Assembly (NCBI GenBank): GCA_905250005.1 | Contig: CAJNOH010001581.1 | Coordinates: 1-35,797, forward strand | DNA from: Rotaria sordida | Lineage: Eukaryota | DNA: 35,797 nucleotides | Reading direction: 5' to 3' | Shown here: positions 1-11,354 of the stretch, piece by piece | Numbering within the stretch: the first letter of the stretch is position 1 | Layout of the letters: every line of letters begins with the position of its first letter | The notes under the pieces: model-generated | Database searches by the model: none | Told to the model about the DNA's origin: nothing | The model's input: only the letters and a program-made list of their open reading frames with translations | Program-made: the position numbers and the translations under genes

Positions 1-193
1 TGTAGGTGTGGGTGCGGGTGTGGGTGTGCGTGTGGGTGTGGGTGTGGGTGTGGATGTGGGTGTGGGTGTGGGTGTGGGTAACTCTTGTATAGCTGTCCAC
101 ACCCACACCCATACCCATACCCACACCCCACACCCACACCCTCATCCATGTCCACACCCACACCCTCATCCATGTCCACACCCACACCCATAT
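1..193. repeat. Head-to-head telomere-like repeat pair. A (TGTGGG)n G-strand tract at 1-82, a 15-bp spacer and a (CCCACA)n C-strand tract at 98-190, running off the window start. The C-side carries a roughly 30-bp higher-order unit 'cacaccctcatccatgtccacaccca' twice.
   Basis: Direct reading shows GGGTGT hexamers followed by ACACCC hexamers. The G- and C-tracts are reverse complements of each other, so the locus is a hairpin palindrome. Confidence 0.9.
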
Positions 194-2375
194 GAGATTG
201 ACAGCTAATTGTAAAGGCTTCAGTGGTAGGTACATTTGGATATAACGATTCTATATCAAAGCTGATCATTAATTCATTATTTCTCGTTAATGTTTTGTTC
301 ACAATTTTGGCAAATTAAAATGGCTCCTTCACATATGAAAAGACTTTCTTTCTCATATTAGCAAGAAATCCTGCGAGTTTATAATTTAAACCATTATACC
401 TTGCAATTATTGTTCTTAATGTGCAGTTGGCTTTATGTGCCTTCATTGTACAATAAAGCACTGGAATTGAGTTATCCGAGACAAATTATTCATCCTATTC
501 TTTTATAATTTTCTTATTTTTCAATAATTTGAGCATTCTGCTATTGATTTATTTTTTCTTCTTTTACTGATTCATCATTTTCTATCTTACTTAACTTCTT
601 TGGATCTTGCAAAATTTTTTACTTTATCTACATAATCACTTTTGCTCATGCATACTACTGCATTACCTTTGTCAGCTCGTAATATAACTAACGATTTGTG
701 CATTTTTTAGTTCTTTTTTTAATGCAATTCGTTCTTCATCACTTAAATTTGATTACATGATGGTTTCCAAGAGATGTTTCTCTTCTCTGACTCATCTTTG
801 GTTTTTATTAAGGCATATTCAATTTCTGTTTGTATGTTGAGAGGTTCCATGACGTTCTCTTCTATGTGAAATTTCCAACTTCTGCTTAGTAATTTCAATT
901 GTGAAATACTAAGAAGTTTTGACAATAAATTATAAACTAATTTGTCCAGAAGAGAAAAGGAGCTCGTGTATGATCATCTACAGCACTAAGTAACAGAAAT
1001 TTTAACCTCATGTAAATTCTTGGCTTTAGCTATTTAAGCTTGTTTTTTTTTTCATGTACATGAGATTTAATTCTTTAACGACGATGAGGTGCAAATGTGT
1101 TGAAAAATGCATCAATTGCAATACGATTCAATTCTTTTCTTAATTTAAGTGGATTTCTTTGTTTTTCTGAGTATTCAATAAAGTAATTCACGTTAAAATT
1201 TCTTCACTTGAAGAGATGAAACAAGATGTTTATTTGCTAACTTAAATCTGAGAAATTCACGAGTTACGCCGTACACAAGACATACATGTAAAAGTTTAAT
1301 ATCACACTGAGTTTTTGCTAATTTCATTGTTAATCTCTCGACATGTTTGAATCTTCTTAAAGCACATTCACCATACTTTCTTCGGATGTAATTAATTAAG
1401 TTGGAGTTGTAAATAGAATTTTTAGTAAACCGAACGATAAAATGAAAAATATGAAATTTTTTATTTCTTTATTTAGGAGCTTTCGACACTGTTTATATAA
1501 TTATCAGTTTAAAGAAAAAGATTTTACAATAGAAGATATTTATATAGATTGAAATAAAGTCCAAAGTCTAATGAATCATTACAACTCAAATTTACGCGTA
1601 TGCAAATATCAGTGTATTTTTTTTCTCATTGCAACAACACGGAATACAAAGCTAAGTGAAAAAAAGAGGAAGAATATATGAAGAACGAGACACATGTGAT
1701 GATAAGCATATCGATGAAAAAATGACTGCCTACGTAATGAAAAAGTGATGCTTCGTTGATTCATGTAAACATACATTGATGAGAAAAAAAACCAGTAATG
1801 TTGTCAGTGATAAATACAAGGTAAAATCGATTGGAAGCACACAAAAAAATCTATACACTCTAGTGTCACCTAGCACGTAAGTATATTTAGTTTCTAACAT
1901 TAGTATACTAGTAATAAAATTAAAGTTAAAAGTAAAGAGTAGCTACAAACAAGAAAAAACCAGTTGAACATAGACACGTGACATTCTGATGACCTTTTTG
2001 ATGATATAGACGTACCAAAAGAGCTATTTGAATATCAATATACTGAATTAAAATCTAAGATTGAAATATGAAAGCAAAAAGTCCTTATGCACAAAATAGG
2101 AGAAGTGTCCTGGATTTTTCACAAAAGACAGCCTTTTCACTTTTCTGTATAAACATCAATCAAAGAGTGCAGCGATTGAATGAATTCCATCGATTGGCAT
2201 GCTTGTCTTTCTGGAAAAAGGCTCTCAAAAAATCAACTCAAAAAACGCTCTCATGAAGAAAGTATTCGGGCAGATAAAGTCGAGTCGATTTTGATCTTAT
2301 TTTTGGGTAATATACAGTGAAAAATTTTATCAATTACAATTGATTAAAATTTCAAAATCCTATATGTAATGAAAA

Positions 2376-2396
2376 TGAGAGAGAGAGAGAGAGAGC
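2376..2396. repeat. (GA)n microsatellite
   Basis: The run gagagagagagagagagag is read directly from the sequence. Confidence 0.9.
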
Positions 2397-2550
2397 GATG
2401 ATGTTCTATTTCGTTACTATTGTAATGTGTATTTTATTGTGATCAATAATGACAAACTGGAAAAGTAGCATTACTACCACCCTAGGTATAGATGTGCACT
2501 GCACTGTTCAATCACTACAGTTGTGTCTGCTTCGCATAATACACAAGTTG

Positions 2551-2696
2551 AGGGTGTGGGTGTAGGTGCGAGTGTGGGTGGGTGTGGGTGTGGGTGTGGG
2601 TGTGTGGGTGTAGGTGTGGGTTGAAATCTTATATTCTTTCAAATCCATCCACATCGCTACCCTCACCCACAACCACACCCACACCCATACCCACAT
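2551..2696. repeat. Head-to-head telomere-like repeat pair. G-tract at 2551-2621, a 37-bp spacer and a C-tract at 2660-2696.
   Basis: Direct reading shows (GGGTGT)n, then a spacer, then (CCCACA)n. Confidence 0.85.
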
Positions 2697-2937
2697 ATTT
2701 TTTCCTTTGTTTTCCTTTTTTCCTGCATAAGTTGGTTCATTTTACTTTCTTTACTTCTTATGCATGCCTTATGTAAGTACTTCAGAGTGTCACATAAACA
2801 GTAAAAGCAAAATCCAAAAAAAATGCATCTTTATAGGTTGGAAAAATGAAGTAATTCTTTTCAACAATAAATACGCAGTAAAATCGATTGTAAACACACA
2901 ACTTGTATAGTCTAGAATCGAGTACGTAGATGGCTGC

Positions 2938-3487
2938 GCTGATGCAAATACAACTTGTATCGGCCCCTCGAGAGCTTCTCATGTATTCCGTCCTAATCCT
3001 TCCACGCTGCAAAGCTATCCACATCCACCCTCACGTATCGGCATGTATCCGCTTGTATCGGACCTGTATATAGTCATAGCGTCGTATATACCCCTGAAAA
3101 GCCTAGAATTCACGAAATCTTGTATGGGATGTATCGAGGTGTATTGCCTTGTATCGCCACGTATCGATACAAGCCGACGCACACCAATCGCTATGTATCG
3201 AACCTATGTATAGACATGCCGTGGTATATACCCTAAAAAGCCTACAATTCACCAAAGCATGTATTGCCTTATATCGGCTTGTATCGATACATGGCGGTAC
3301 ATGATTTCGTGAATTCTAGGTTTTTCAGGGATATATACCTCGGTATGGCTATACATAGGTCCGATACAAGCGGATACATGCCGATACGTGAGGGTGGATG
3401 TGGATAGCTTTGCGGCGTGCAAGGATTAGGATGGAATACATGAGAAGCTCTCGAGGGGCCGATACAAGTTGTATTTGTATCGGCGCA
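2938..3487. mobile_element. Near-perfect palindrome (foldback or MITE-like) of about 550 bp, rich in GTATCG/CGATAC motifs, with nested internal inverted and direct repeats
   Basis: 2945-3100 is the reverse complement of 3300-3480; for example 'caaatacaacttgtatcggcccctcgagag' pairs with 'ctctcgaggggccgatacaagttgtatttg'. The inner segment 3100-3320 is also self-complementary ('gaattcacgaaat'/'atttcgtgaattc'). It contains an internal roughly 29-bp direct repeat ('cccctgaaaagcctagaattcacgaaatc' / 'ccctaaaaagcctacaattcaccaaagc'). No ORF is present. Confidence 0.75.
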
Positions 3488-3939
3488 CCCCTCTTATAAT
3501 GTGACTTTGTGGTAATTTATTATCTAGAAACATGAGTAATCCAGCATCTTACTATATTAGCTTTTCGACTTTTATGAGAAAACACTCATCGGTAGCTGGC
3601 ATCGGTAACATCCGCTTGGTTACTGCAAAATAAAAGCAGTTGTGATTTCTTTTCTATGAAAATTGCTGGCTCTGAATAAATGAAGTGCTAAATAATATCG
3701 CATTTATTGGTTAAAACTTTTCAATCTTTCCTTCATTGAGTGTGATTTGCAGAGAAAAAACGCCTTAGCTAACGAGGTAGAAAAATATCTATGAATTTTA
3801 GACAGCAGAATATTGAATACATATTATACTCTTTCTATATAAAAAAATTAATCTGAAAGAATGTTTGTAAATTCAATGAAGTGGATCTGATTCTAAACTT
3901 TTAGAAATATTTTCGCGTAATATTAATCACTCGATTATC

Positions 3940-4611
3940 ATGGCCAGTTACGTATGCAACGAGACTAATAAATTAGTTCGCGTGGTATTGCTTGATAAAT
4001 CCGGTAAACACAGTACTCGAATAGTACCGCCACAAGAAACAGTAAGTTTTCAAACAACATCGTCTGGTTTCAATACTTTTTCACTTTACAAACTGTTACC
4101 TGGAAACAACGATTTTGAGCCATCATCATGCGCAGACTATACTTGTCCTGCAGGCACTACATTGACTATTCAAGAAACAGAAACTTACTTGCAGTTCGTA
4201 CCATCTAAATATACACCAACATGGAAACAAAATTTTATTCATGATTTGGTAATTGGGTGTGTGTACAGTAATAATAGATTGCCTGGTGAAGCTGCTCGTG
4301 CCACCTCGGGATTGGACCCGGCGGCTGTGGGCATGGCTGAAACTAGAATACATAATCTTACCGATGAAATAGCTCGAGTGGTTCTTACTGATGCAAATAT
4401 GAGAAGAAGCGATCACATATTTAAACCTCAAGAGGTGTTTCGTTTTAGGTCAAAAAAGGGTTCAACTACAGTATCACTTTTTCGAAGATCAGAAGATAAT
4501 AATGGTTTTGAACAAACATCATGTGCGAACTCTAGTTATAATGGAGGTCAATCGTATGAAATCAAAAAAACATGTGGTCACTTCGAGTTTGTCCCTAATA
4601 TTATACCATAA
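3940..4611 (+). CDS. Intronless hypothetical protein of 223 aa built from two homologous half-domains of about 80 aa. Each half ends in a '...TSCA..x..G...E..FEFVP' / 'LQFVP' motif.
   Basis: Single ATG-initiated ORF at 3940..4611. Its halves align internally: VRVVLLDKSG...CADYTCPAGTT..ETYLQFVP against ARVVLTDANM...CANSSYNGGQSYEIKKTCGHFEFVP. A GC-rich patch at about 4280-4340 stands out from the AT-rich surroundings. I recognise no family. Confidence 0.55.
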   Translation: MASYVCNETNKLVRVVLLDKSGKHSTRIVPPQETVSFQTTSSGFNTFSLYKLLPGNNDFEPSSCADYTCPAGTTLTIQETETYLQFVPSKYTPTWKQNFIHDLVIGCVYSNNRLPGEAARATSGLDPAAVGMAETRIHNLTDEIARVVLTDANMRRSDHIFKPQEVFRFRSKKGSTTVSLFRRSEDNNGFEQTSCANSSYNGGQSYEIKKTCGHFEFVPNIIP

Positions 4612-5566
4612 CTAATACGGAGTATTTTTCTGTATCGTTTTTCTTAATAAATATCACTCTCACAAAATGTGACCAAATATGATATATGTGAACAGAAATA
4701 CGACAACGAATGTTAGAAGCAACAAATCCATATGAATCTATATGAAAGGCATTCATCAGCCAGAACTTTGATATCATCATCATAAATACAACCATAGAGA
4801 ATTGAGACTGAACTCTGATTATCTAACTATCGGGATATCATTTTGCTTTAGTTTCATATTGAATTCGACATGATATTTATCTTGGACGTCGGTTTCGATG
4901 CTGTTTTCATTATTTTATTCAAAAATAATTTCAAAAAACGAGCCACTTAAAATAATCCATAAAATAAAGAAAGCTTTTAACAATTGAATAGTTTATGTTA
5001 ACTGATCAATGCTGTTTACACTGCTATGAGATATTCTACGATAGTTTTATTACGGCATGAAGCTATCTTGTGTAGGTGTCGGTGGGTGTGTTTAAAGAAA
5101 AAAGTTGAATTAAACATAAAAATACAAAGTAGAATATATCAGTTACTACGACCGGTTTCGTCCTTGCAGAAGGGACTCATCAAGTAGCATAGAGGATATA
5201 AAATTCTAAAAGTATTATTAAATCTAATTCAAAGTCTGTTATAAATAAATAGATATATGAATATTTGATCTCCTCGATAGCTAAGAGTGATTCACTTCAT
5301 CCTCACTCCAGAAAGGCAATAGAAGTTTATATGAAGTTGAGTTTCTTAGTTATCTCTATCAAATATTTTGACTTAACTCATTGGGAGACTACCGTTGGTA
5401 TATCGGCTTCAATCCCTAGAGAAACGAGTTTGCCGAAAAACATATATCTGTTTATTAAAACGAAGACTAAAACTGCTGATCTTTCGAGCGTTTTCGCCCT
5501 TATCCTATTCACGAAAGGAATAAGATTAGAAAATTGCAACCGAAAGGCCCGGTTTGGCTGTTAATT

Positions 5567-5827
5567 TGGGTGTGTGGGTGTGGGTGTGGGTGTGAGGGTG
5601 TGGTTGTGGGTGCGGGTGTGGGTATGAGGGTGTGGGGGTGGGGGTGGGGGTGGGTGTGGATCTTCTCTTCACCCACACCCACTCCCACACCCGCATCCAC
5701 ACCCACACTGACACCCACACCCACACCCGCATCCACACCCACACTGACACCCACACCCACACCCACTTCCACACCCGCATCCACACCCACACTGACACCC
5801 ATACCCACACCCACACCCCACCCTCAT
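5567..5827. repeat. Large head-to-head telomere-like repeat block. A degenerate G-tract at 5567-5660, an 11-bp spacer, and a C-tract at 5671-5827 organised as 3-4 copies of a roughly 36-bp higher-order unit 'cacccacacccacacccgcatccacacccacactga'.
   Basis: Direct reading. The 36-bp periodicity is also visible as a 12-aa periodicity ([12 protein letters not shown]) in the artefactual ORF 5509..5814. Confidence 0.9.
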
Positions 5828-6739
5828 CTCGTTGTCAAAATATCCCTTATGGGGTAATTTGTCCAAATACTCTTAGTTCATATTTTATTTTATTGATGGC
5901 TTTTCCATTTGTTCTATGTGTAATCAAGGCCTCCTTTATCATTCATCATATCCAGTCTGTTTCATTCGCCATAGTTTTCACTCGAGAAAATTCGAATGTG
6001 TATCTATAATCAGTGGTATGCTTTGATAATTCAAAATTTAAGTCGTAATTTATAATCGCTTTCTAATGTTCAGACATTCTTTGACCGCGAAATCAGTCAA
6101 CTTCTCCAACATACACGAAATCAGAATGTCCATAACGAATTTTGTAAGCAAGTTTCTTCAATCTTCTAGCTTCATCATAGCCCTTCAGAAGTCACAGAAA
6201 GTTTTTCTTTCGAATGAAATAGCTCTTGGACTCCAGATGAAACTGCACATTTGATAGTAGCTTAGTGAAAAATTTTCTCAGTCGAGAAACAAAACTTACC
6301 GTTTAGTATCCATATTGCGAAATGTTAAAGAAAGTAGTCTATTTCGATACGGTTGGAATAGTTAGTTGGTTAAGAGGTTTAACACTAAAATTTCCATCTC
6401 AAGTGCCATGGCAGATGACATGAGAGGGGTAACCACTTGCTTTCAAAGTCTCTGTCAGTCTCTTTTTCTCTTCTTTAGCTAATTTGAATGAGTAGTTTAG
6501 CCTCTCAATGCAAACTGTGAATGTTTTCACCAAAACTACTTTGTACTTTCTGATTTAATTCGAGTCCTAAGTACGATAGTGGTCTATATATGCAGGTTTC
6601 CTATATAGTGTTGATATGTATTCGATGATCTTTCATTTTGTCAGCACGTCAAAGAAAAGGAGATGGGTGTTTGTCTGAAATTCAATTGTGAACTTTAATT
6701 CTGGATGCCAATGATTTATTCTATCCATTTATTCAAGTA

Positions 6740-7095
6740 TTTTATTGTGTTCGATATCGAAGTCAGCAATGATATCATCAACATATCAATACCAAATCTT
6801 GAGTGGCTTTTTCGAAAAACGTTGAAGTTTCTCCTTCAGTTTTAATATAACAATATTCACAAGAATTGGCGCAAGGGAACTTCTCATGGCAACACCATTC
6901 ACTTGTTTATACTTTTTGTCAAGAAATCTAAATCGAAGGTTTCATACAGCCAAATTCATTAAGTCTTACATTTGACTTCTATACTATGTCATATCTGATG
7001 TAGTATTCTGTTTATAGATCATTTAAAGAACATATTCAATTGTTTCAGTCACTGATATATTTGTAAACAAGGATTCCACATCAGATGAAACCATA
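6740..7095 (-). mobile_element. Decayed retroelement reverse-transcriptase fragment with in-frame stops
   Basis: The minus-strand translation contains the RT motifs 'SSDVESLFTNISVTETIEYVL' (RC of about 7027-7090), 'SSLAPILVNIVILKLKEK' (RC of about 6853-6890) and 'YVDDIIADFD' (YxDD catalytic box, RC of about 6755-6790). The motifs are in the correct N-to-C order but are interrupted by stop codons. The family cannot be determined by eye; a Penelope-like/Athena or non-LTR origin is a guess. Confidence 0.5.
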
Positions 7096-9984
7096 GTCTG
7101 AGTCATGAAAGATCTAAACGCTCGGATTCTCGTCACAAAATGATACGAATCTTTTATGAATGAGGTTGGTTGTTGAGTTCGATGAGAGACAAGGAATGAT
7201 GCTATATATTTGGATAATTCGTTGATAATTGTATGCTTTGATAGAAGAAATTGTGAGCCTTTAGTTGTTCACACATGACAGACAGCGATGCGAATATGGA
7301 ACGGAGTCGCCAAAAAAAAAGTGACTAATACATTATTTTATATAATTGCCTAAGGACCTTGTTCATTTCTATTTCTTTCTTTTCCATTGAAGACGAACTA
7401 GGAAAGAAGCGACATTGCTTCCCGTTAAGAATTGCTCTTCCTATGCTCTCATAATCAATCTTATTGAAAACAATTATACAGTTTCCCGTGCTGCTTTATA
7501 AATTACAGTAGGCGCGGTGCATTTAAGAGTTCATCGGGTACGTTCAGTATCTTCTTCTTGCAAACGCTTTTCATCAATTGCTGAGACGCAGAAAAAATGT
7601 GTCGATAGAGAGTACAAAAGACGGATAGGTGATACGTGGGTAGTAGTTGGAACGAATTTCGTTCAACGTCAGTTTGAAAATCTACGAAATTGATTATTCT
7701 TTGTTTCATGGAAAAATCCTAGACATGTGCAAGAAGTCTTTCCTCAACAGAAGATAAGATGTATGAGGATACATTATGAGCAAGTTTGTAAATATTGGAC
7801 GTCTAGTTCTCACTAGCAGGTCCATGAGCAAGTCTCTCGAATTTAATCTCATCTATCATCGAAGCACGATTATGTTCTGTCATAGTCTTTTATCAAAGAA
7901 CAAGATTGGTCGAGTAGAAATCAACCGTAGGCACTTTCTTTTCCAACCAGTCTATACACGATTTTAGTTCTTGATTGAGGCAAATAGTCACCTTGTAACG
8001 TACTTCATATTCGTGTTGTAGACATTGACGTTTGAAAAGCAGAGCTTGCTCAGCCAAAATATAAGATTGTTTCAACGCATGAAGGTGAATAATAGATTGA
8101 ACTAGACTATACATTAACCAAGTGTAGGGATTCTCAAAGCCTAATTAATAGGAACTGAGCAGTCTTCAGCTGTCAGACGATATTGTCCTTTTCTTAGCGT
8201 ATACCGAAATGATTCATACAACTGCAGACTTGTGTTCAAAAACCTAAATGCGAAAGCAATACTTTCAGTAGATAGAGCTCGCGCAACTCATTCAAAGAAC
8301 ATAAAAAAATGTTTGAACCACAGAGGTCTCCCACACTCATTTTTCGACTAGTGAGAAGATTGACACAAATCGTGCATAAATGTCAAACACGAGATCCTCA
8401 TATTCTAACATAAGAAAATTGAACGGCGCATTTTCTCGTTATGATAAGAGTACGTGCGTAAAAACATAGTTGTTTGAGGTTGTTTGTGGAATGGCAAGAC
8501 AATGGACATGGAAACCACGCTGATTCAACTACTTTTATGTTGGTCGAATAAACCACATAAGCTTTAGTAGGCTATTGGTAGATGGTTGGATCTTTTTTAT
8601 GAGTCCACAATTATATCAAGTATTTTATTTTCTGAGAGAAAGCGTCGTTCACTAAAATATTTCTGTCTGCTGTCTGCTGAAGGCTATCAGAGAGTAGCTC
8701 TACTCCAGCTATGGAATAAACTGTATTTTTTAAAAGAAGCTTGACTAAAAAGTAATCGTAGATAGATAATGCAAATTTGATGCTGGTATACATATTTTTG
8801 TTTTCATTTTTATAATTATTCAAAAAAAACCTTGGCCACGGACAATCATAATCTGTCAATCTGGCTCATGGGTTAGTTTTTCTTTGAAATCAATAATTTT
8901 TTTGAATAAGGTCCTTTACGTGTAATAAAATTCCTCAGAAGATATTAGTTATTGTGAAATACAAACTTGACTTCTACGTTTTTTTTTCTTTTGTATTTTT
9001 AATGAAGAAAAAATTCATCAAAGTGGCGTTTTAGAGAATCTGAATTCCGTTTTCCTTCTTTCTGAGCAGCAGAGCTATGTTAATGAAATTATGAACATGA
9101 ATCTTTTTCTATCTTTTTGTTCGTTGATAGTAATCAGAAAGTATCCAATTGATAATTAGAGGAAAATAAGCAATCTTTTGCGAAAAAGCATCAGAGCATA
9201 CTAAGAACTTTGAAGACAAATGAAGACATGGCAAATGGCGACCATCCATCTTCAGAGTAATAGAATATTGAGGGCCACTTTATGCTTGAACTTACTTCAA
9301 TCGCCAGAATCACGATACCAGCGTATTCATTCGCAAGCAGCGTTAAGAATCAGTGTGGATTCTGGGCTTAGATGTGACTGTGTAGTTCCTTTAATAAATG
9401 ACCAGCTCTAGTAGACTTTAAAAAGATATCAATGGCTTACTCAAAGGTGTTTTTCTAGCAATATAGATTACATAGTTCATATTTTCTTACGATTTTCATA
9501 ATTTCAGATGGTTTTCAGGATATTAAATAAAGATTTCGATTGCAACGAATATCATTGGTTGAATGATTTTTGTGTTTATTTTTCAAAGAAAGGATTTCGT
9601 TTCCAGTGAATTGTCGAAACTCCCCGCATGGCATTCAATAAGATTGTAATTTTCGAGCCATTGTCAACATTGATATTGAGGCGACAAAGAGGTACTTATC
9701 CAGAATCGGTTAGCTGATAAAGTGGTCTGAATTACACTCTGCCATACTTTATTTAACCGATCGAAATTCGACAGAATGATCTAACGAGGGAACCTCTTCA
9801 AGTACTAAAAAGCATTTGACCTCAAATTTTGTCCACAGATAGGAGATGTATATACTAGAAAAAGTCTAAAAGGATATCGACCCAAGTAGCGATTTGGCTG
9901 AGATAGCAGCGTTTTACTATAATTTTTCTGTAGAACCTCACGTTGCTAGTAAAATTAAAGTTTTGAATTTTGATCTGAAACTTT

Positions 9985-10930
9985 GTCTACACGGTTGGAA
10001 AAAATATTATTCCAGGGGGTAGCGCTATAATTTCAAATAGAAGACATAATAAATTTTATATCAAATGAAAGCTCGTTAAAAATGGGGTTTATTGGTATTA
10101 AATAGTGAGGGTTATGAAAACCTTTTAATGTCGGGCTTAATAAATTTTCAGAGATTTTATACTTTTTTTGGGATGGAAACTTAAAGTACTAGTGATTCAA
10201 GAATGGAGTAAAATGTTTTTCTTGAATATTTTTACACGGTTCGATAGAGCTCGTCAAGCTCTATAAAACTGTATACATTAAAAAAATTTTAAGACACTTT
10301 TTTTGCGATAAAAAATTCAAAAAACTATTTGGAAAATCTTAGAAAACATGAAAAAAATTCATATTTTTCATGTGGAAGAACAACACTTACTTTTTCAATA
10401 AAAGTAGCTTTTTTCATTGTTTTTACTCCGTCAGGCGTTTCGAAACATACTCATTAGACGCAGCTTTTCACACTGCATCGAACGAGTATATTTCGAGACG
10501 TCTGAGGTAGTAAAAACAATGAAAAAAGCTACTTTTATTGAAAAATTGAGCGTGTTTCTTCAATTTGAAAAAAAAAAGAGTTTTTAAATATTTTTGAAGT
10601 TTCCCGAGTAGTTTTTTGAACTTTTTATCTCAAAAAGATGCCTCAAAAAATTTTTAACATGCACAGTTTTGTAGAGCTCAACGAGGTCTATCAAACCATG
10701 TAAAAATATTCAAGAAAAAAAATTGACTTCGTTTTTGAATCAGTGGCACCTTGATTTTCCACCCCAAAAAAATATAAAATTTCTGAAAACTTCTTAAGTT
10801 TGACATTAGAAAGTTTTTACAAGCCTCACTATTTAGTATCAATAAACCCCATTTTTGACGAGCTTTCATTTGATATAAAATTCATTATGTCTTCTATTTG
10901 AAATTATAGCGTTACCCCCCTGGAATAATA
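9985..10930. mobile_element. Near-perfect palindrome of about 950 bp (foldback or long-TIR non-autonomous DNA element). It is flanked by TA dinucleotides, and a telomere-like repeat abuts its right end.
   Basis: The terminal sequence 'acacggttggaaaaaatattattccagggggtagcgctataatttc...' at 9985-10110 is the reverse complement of 10828-10930 ('...gaaattatagcgttaccccccctggaataatattttttccaaccgtgta'). The inner segments are also mutually complementary, with a centre near 10470. The flanks read ..tgtcTA|CACGG ... CCGTG|TAcatcc. There is no ORF of 64 aa or more inside. Confidence 0.8.
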
Positions 10931-10936
10931 TTTTTT

Positions 10937-10955
10937 CCAACCGTGTACATCCACA
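10937..10955. repeat. Short C-strand telomere-like tract (acatccacacccacaccc) immediately after the palindromic element
   Basis: Read directly from the sequence. Confidence 0.7.
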
Positions 10956-11354
10956 CCCACACCCTTTATGAATAGTTATTGCACAATAAGCGTACTATTT
11001 AGATGAAATCCATTTTGTGTTTCTTTTTCACTTTCATTCTGCTTTTTTTTTCGAATGTCGCAGTAGAATAAAAACACGACAAGTGAAGTCAACAACAACG
11101 GCATTCTCCGATAGTTTGAAAAAAAATTTGGGTTTTTTTAAATTAAACATTTACAATGACACATGAACATTGGTATAGTATTTCTTTATTTTTTTTTATT
11201 TAATATCTACTGATTTTCTAGTGCTCAATTCTATTCTGATTGGCAAACAACGGTTCATTGTTCATTTGAAAATGTGTTTACTCCAACGATTGCTCATATA
11301 GTCGGTGCTAATCTTCAAAATATATTGGGTATTAAACACTTTAGACCAGATGCA

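Noticed and set aside
1080-1400. A minus-strand stop-free stretch encoding '...RRKYGECALRRFKHVERLTMKLAKTQCDIKLLHVCLVYGVTREFLRFKLANKHLVSSLQVKKF'
   Set aside because: It is vaguely reminiscent of retroelement ORF2 C-terminal Cys/His regions. It has no start or clear motif and is too weak to call. It could be another decayed transposon remnant.
4126-4431. The minus-strand ORF 4126..4431, and other short antisense ORFs overlapping genes (15545..15853, 23953..24174, 24407..24646, 24806..25045, 29261..29443, 29927..30205).
   Set aside because: They lie antisense to well-supported coding exons and show no recognisable domains, so they are most likely chance ORFs.
5509-6009. Track ORFs 5509..5814(-), 5526..5816(-), 5534..5857(+), 5632..6009(+) and 5669..5866(-). 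Also 8..208(+), 2508..2696(-), 2582..2776(+), 35069..35266(-) and 11907..12107(+).
   Set aside because: These are translations of (TGTGGG)n/(CCCACA)n tracts, which give VGVG, HTHT, PTPT and CGCG periodic peptides. Stop-free repeat DNA is not evidence for coding.
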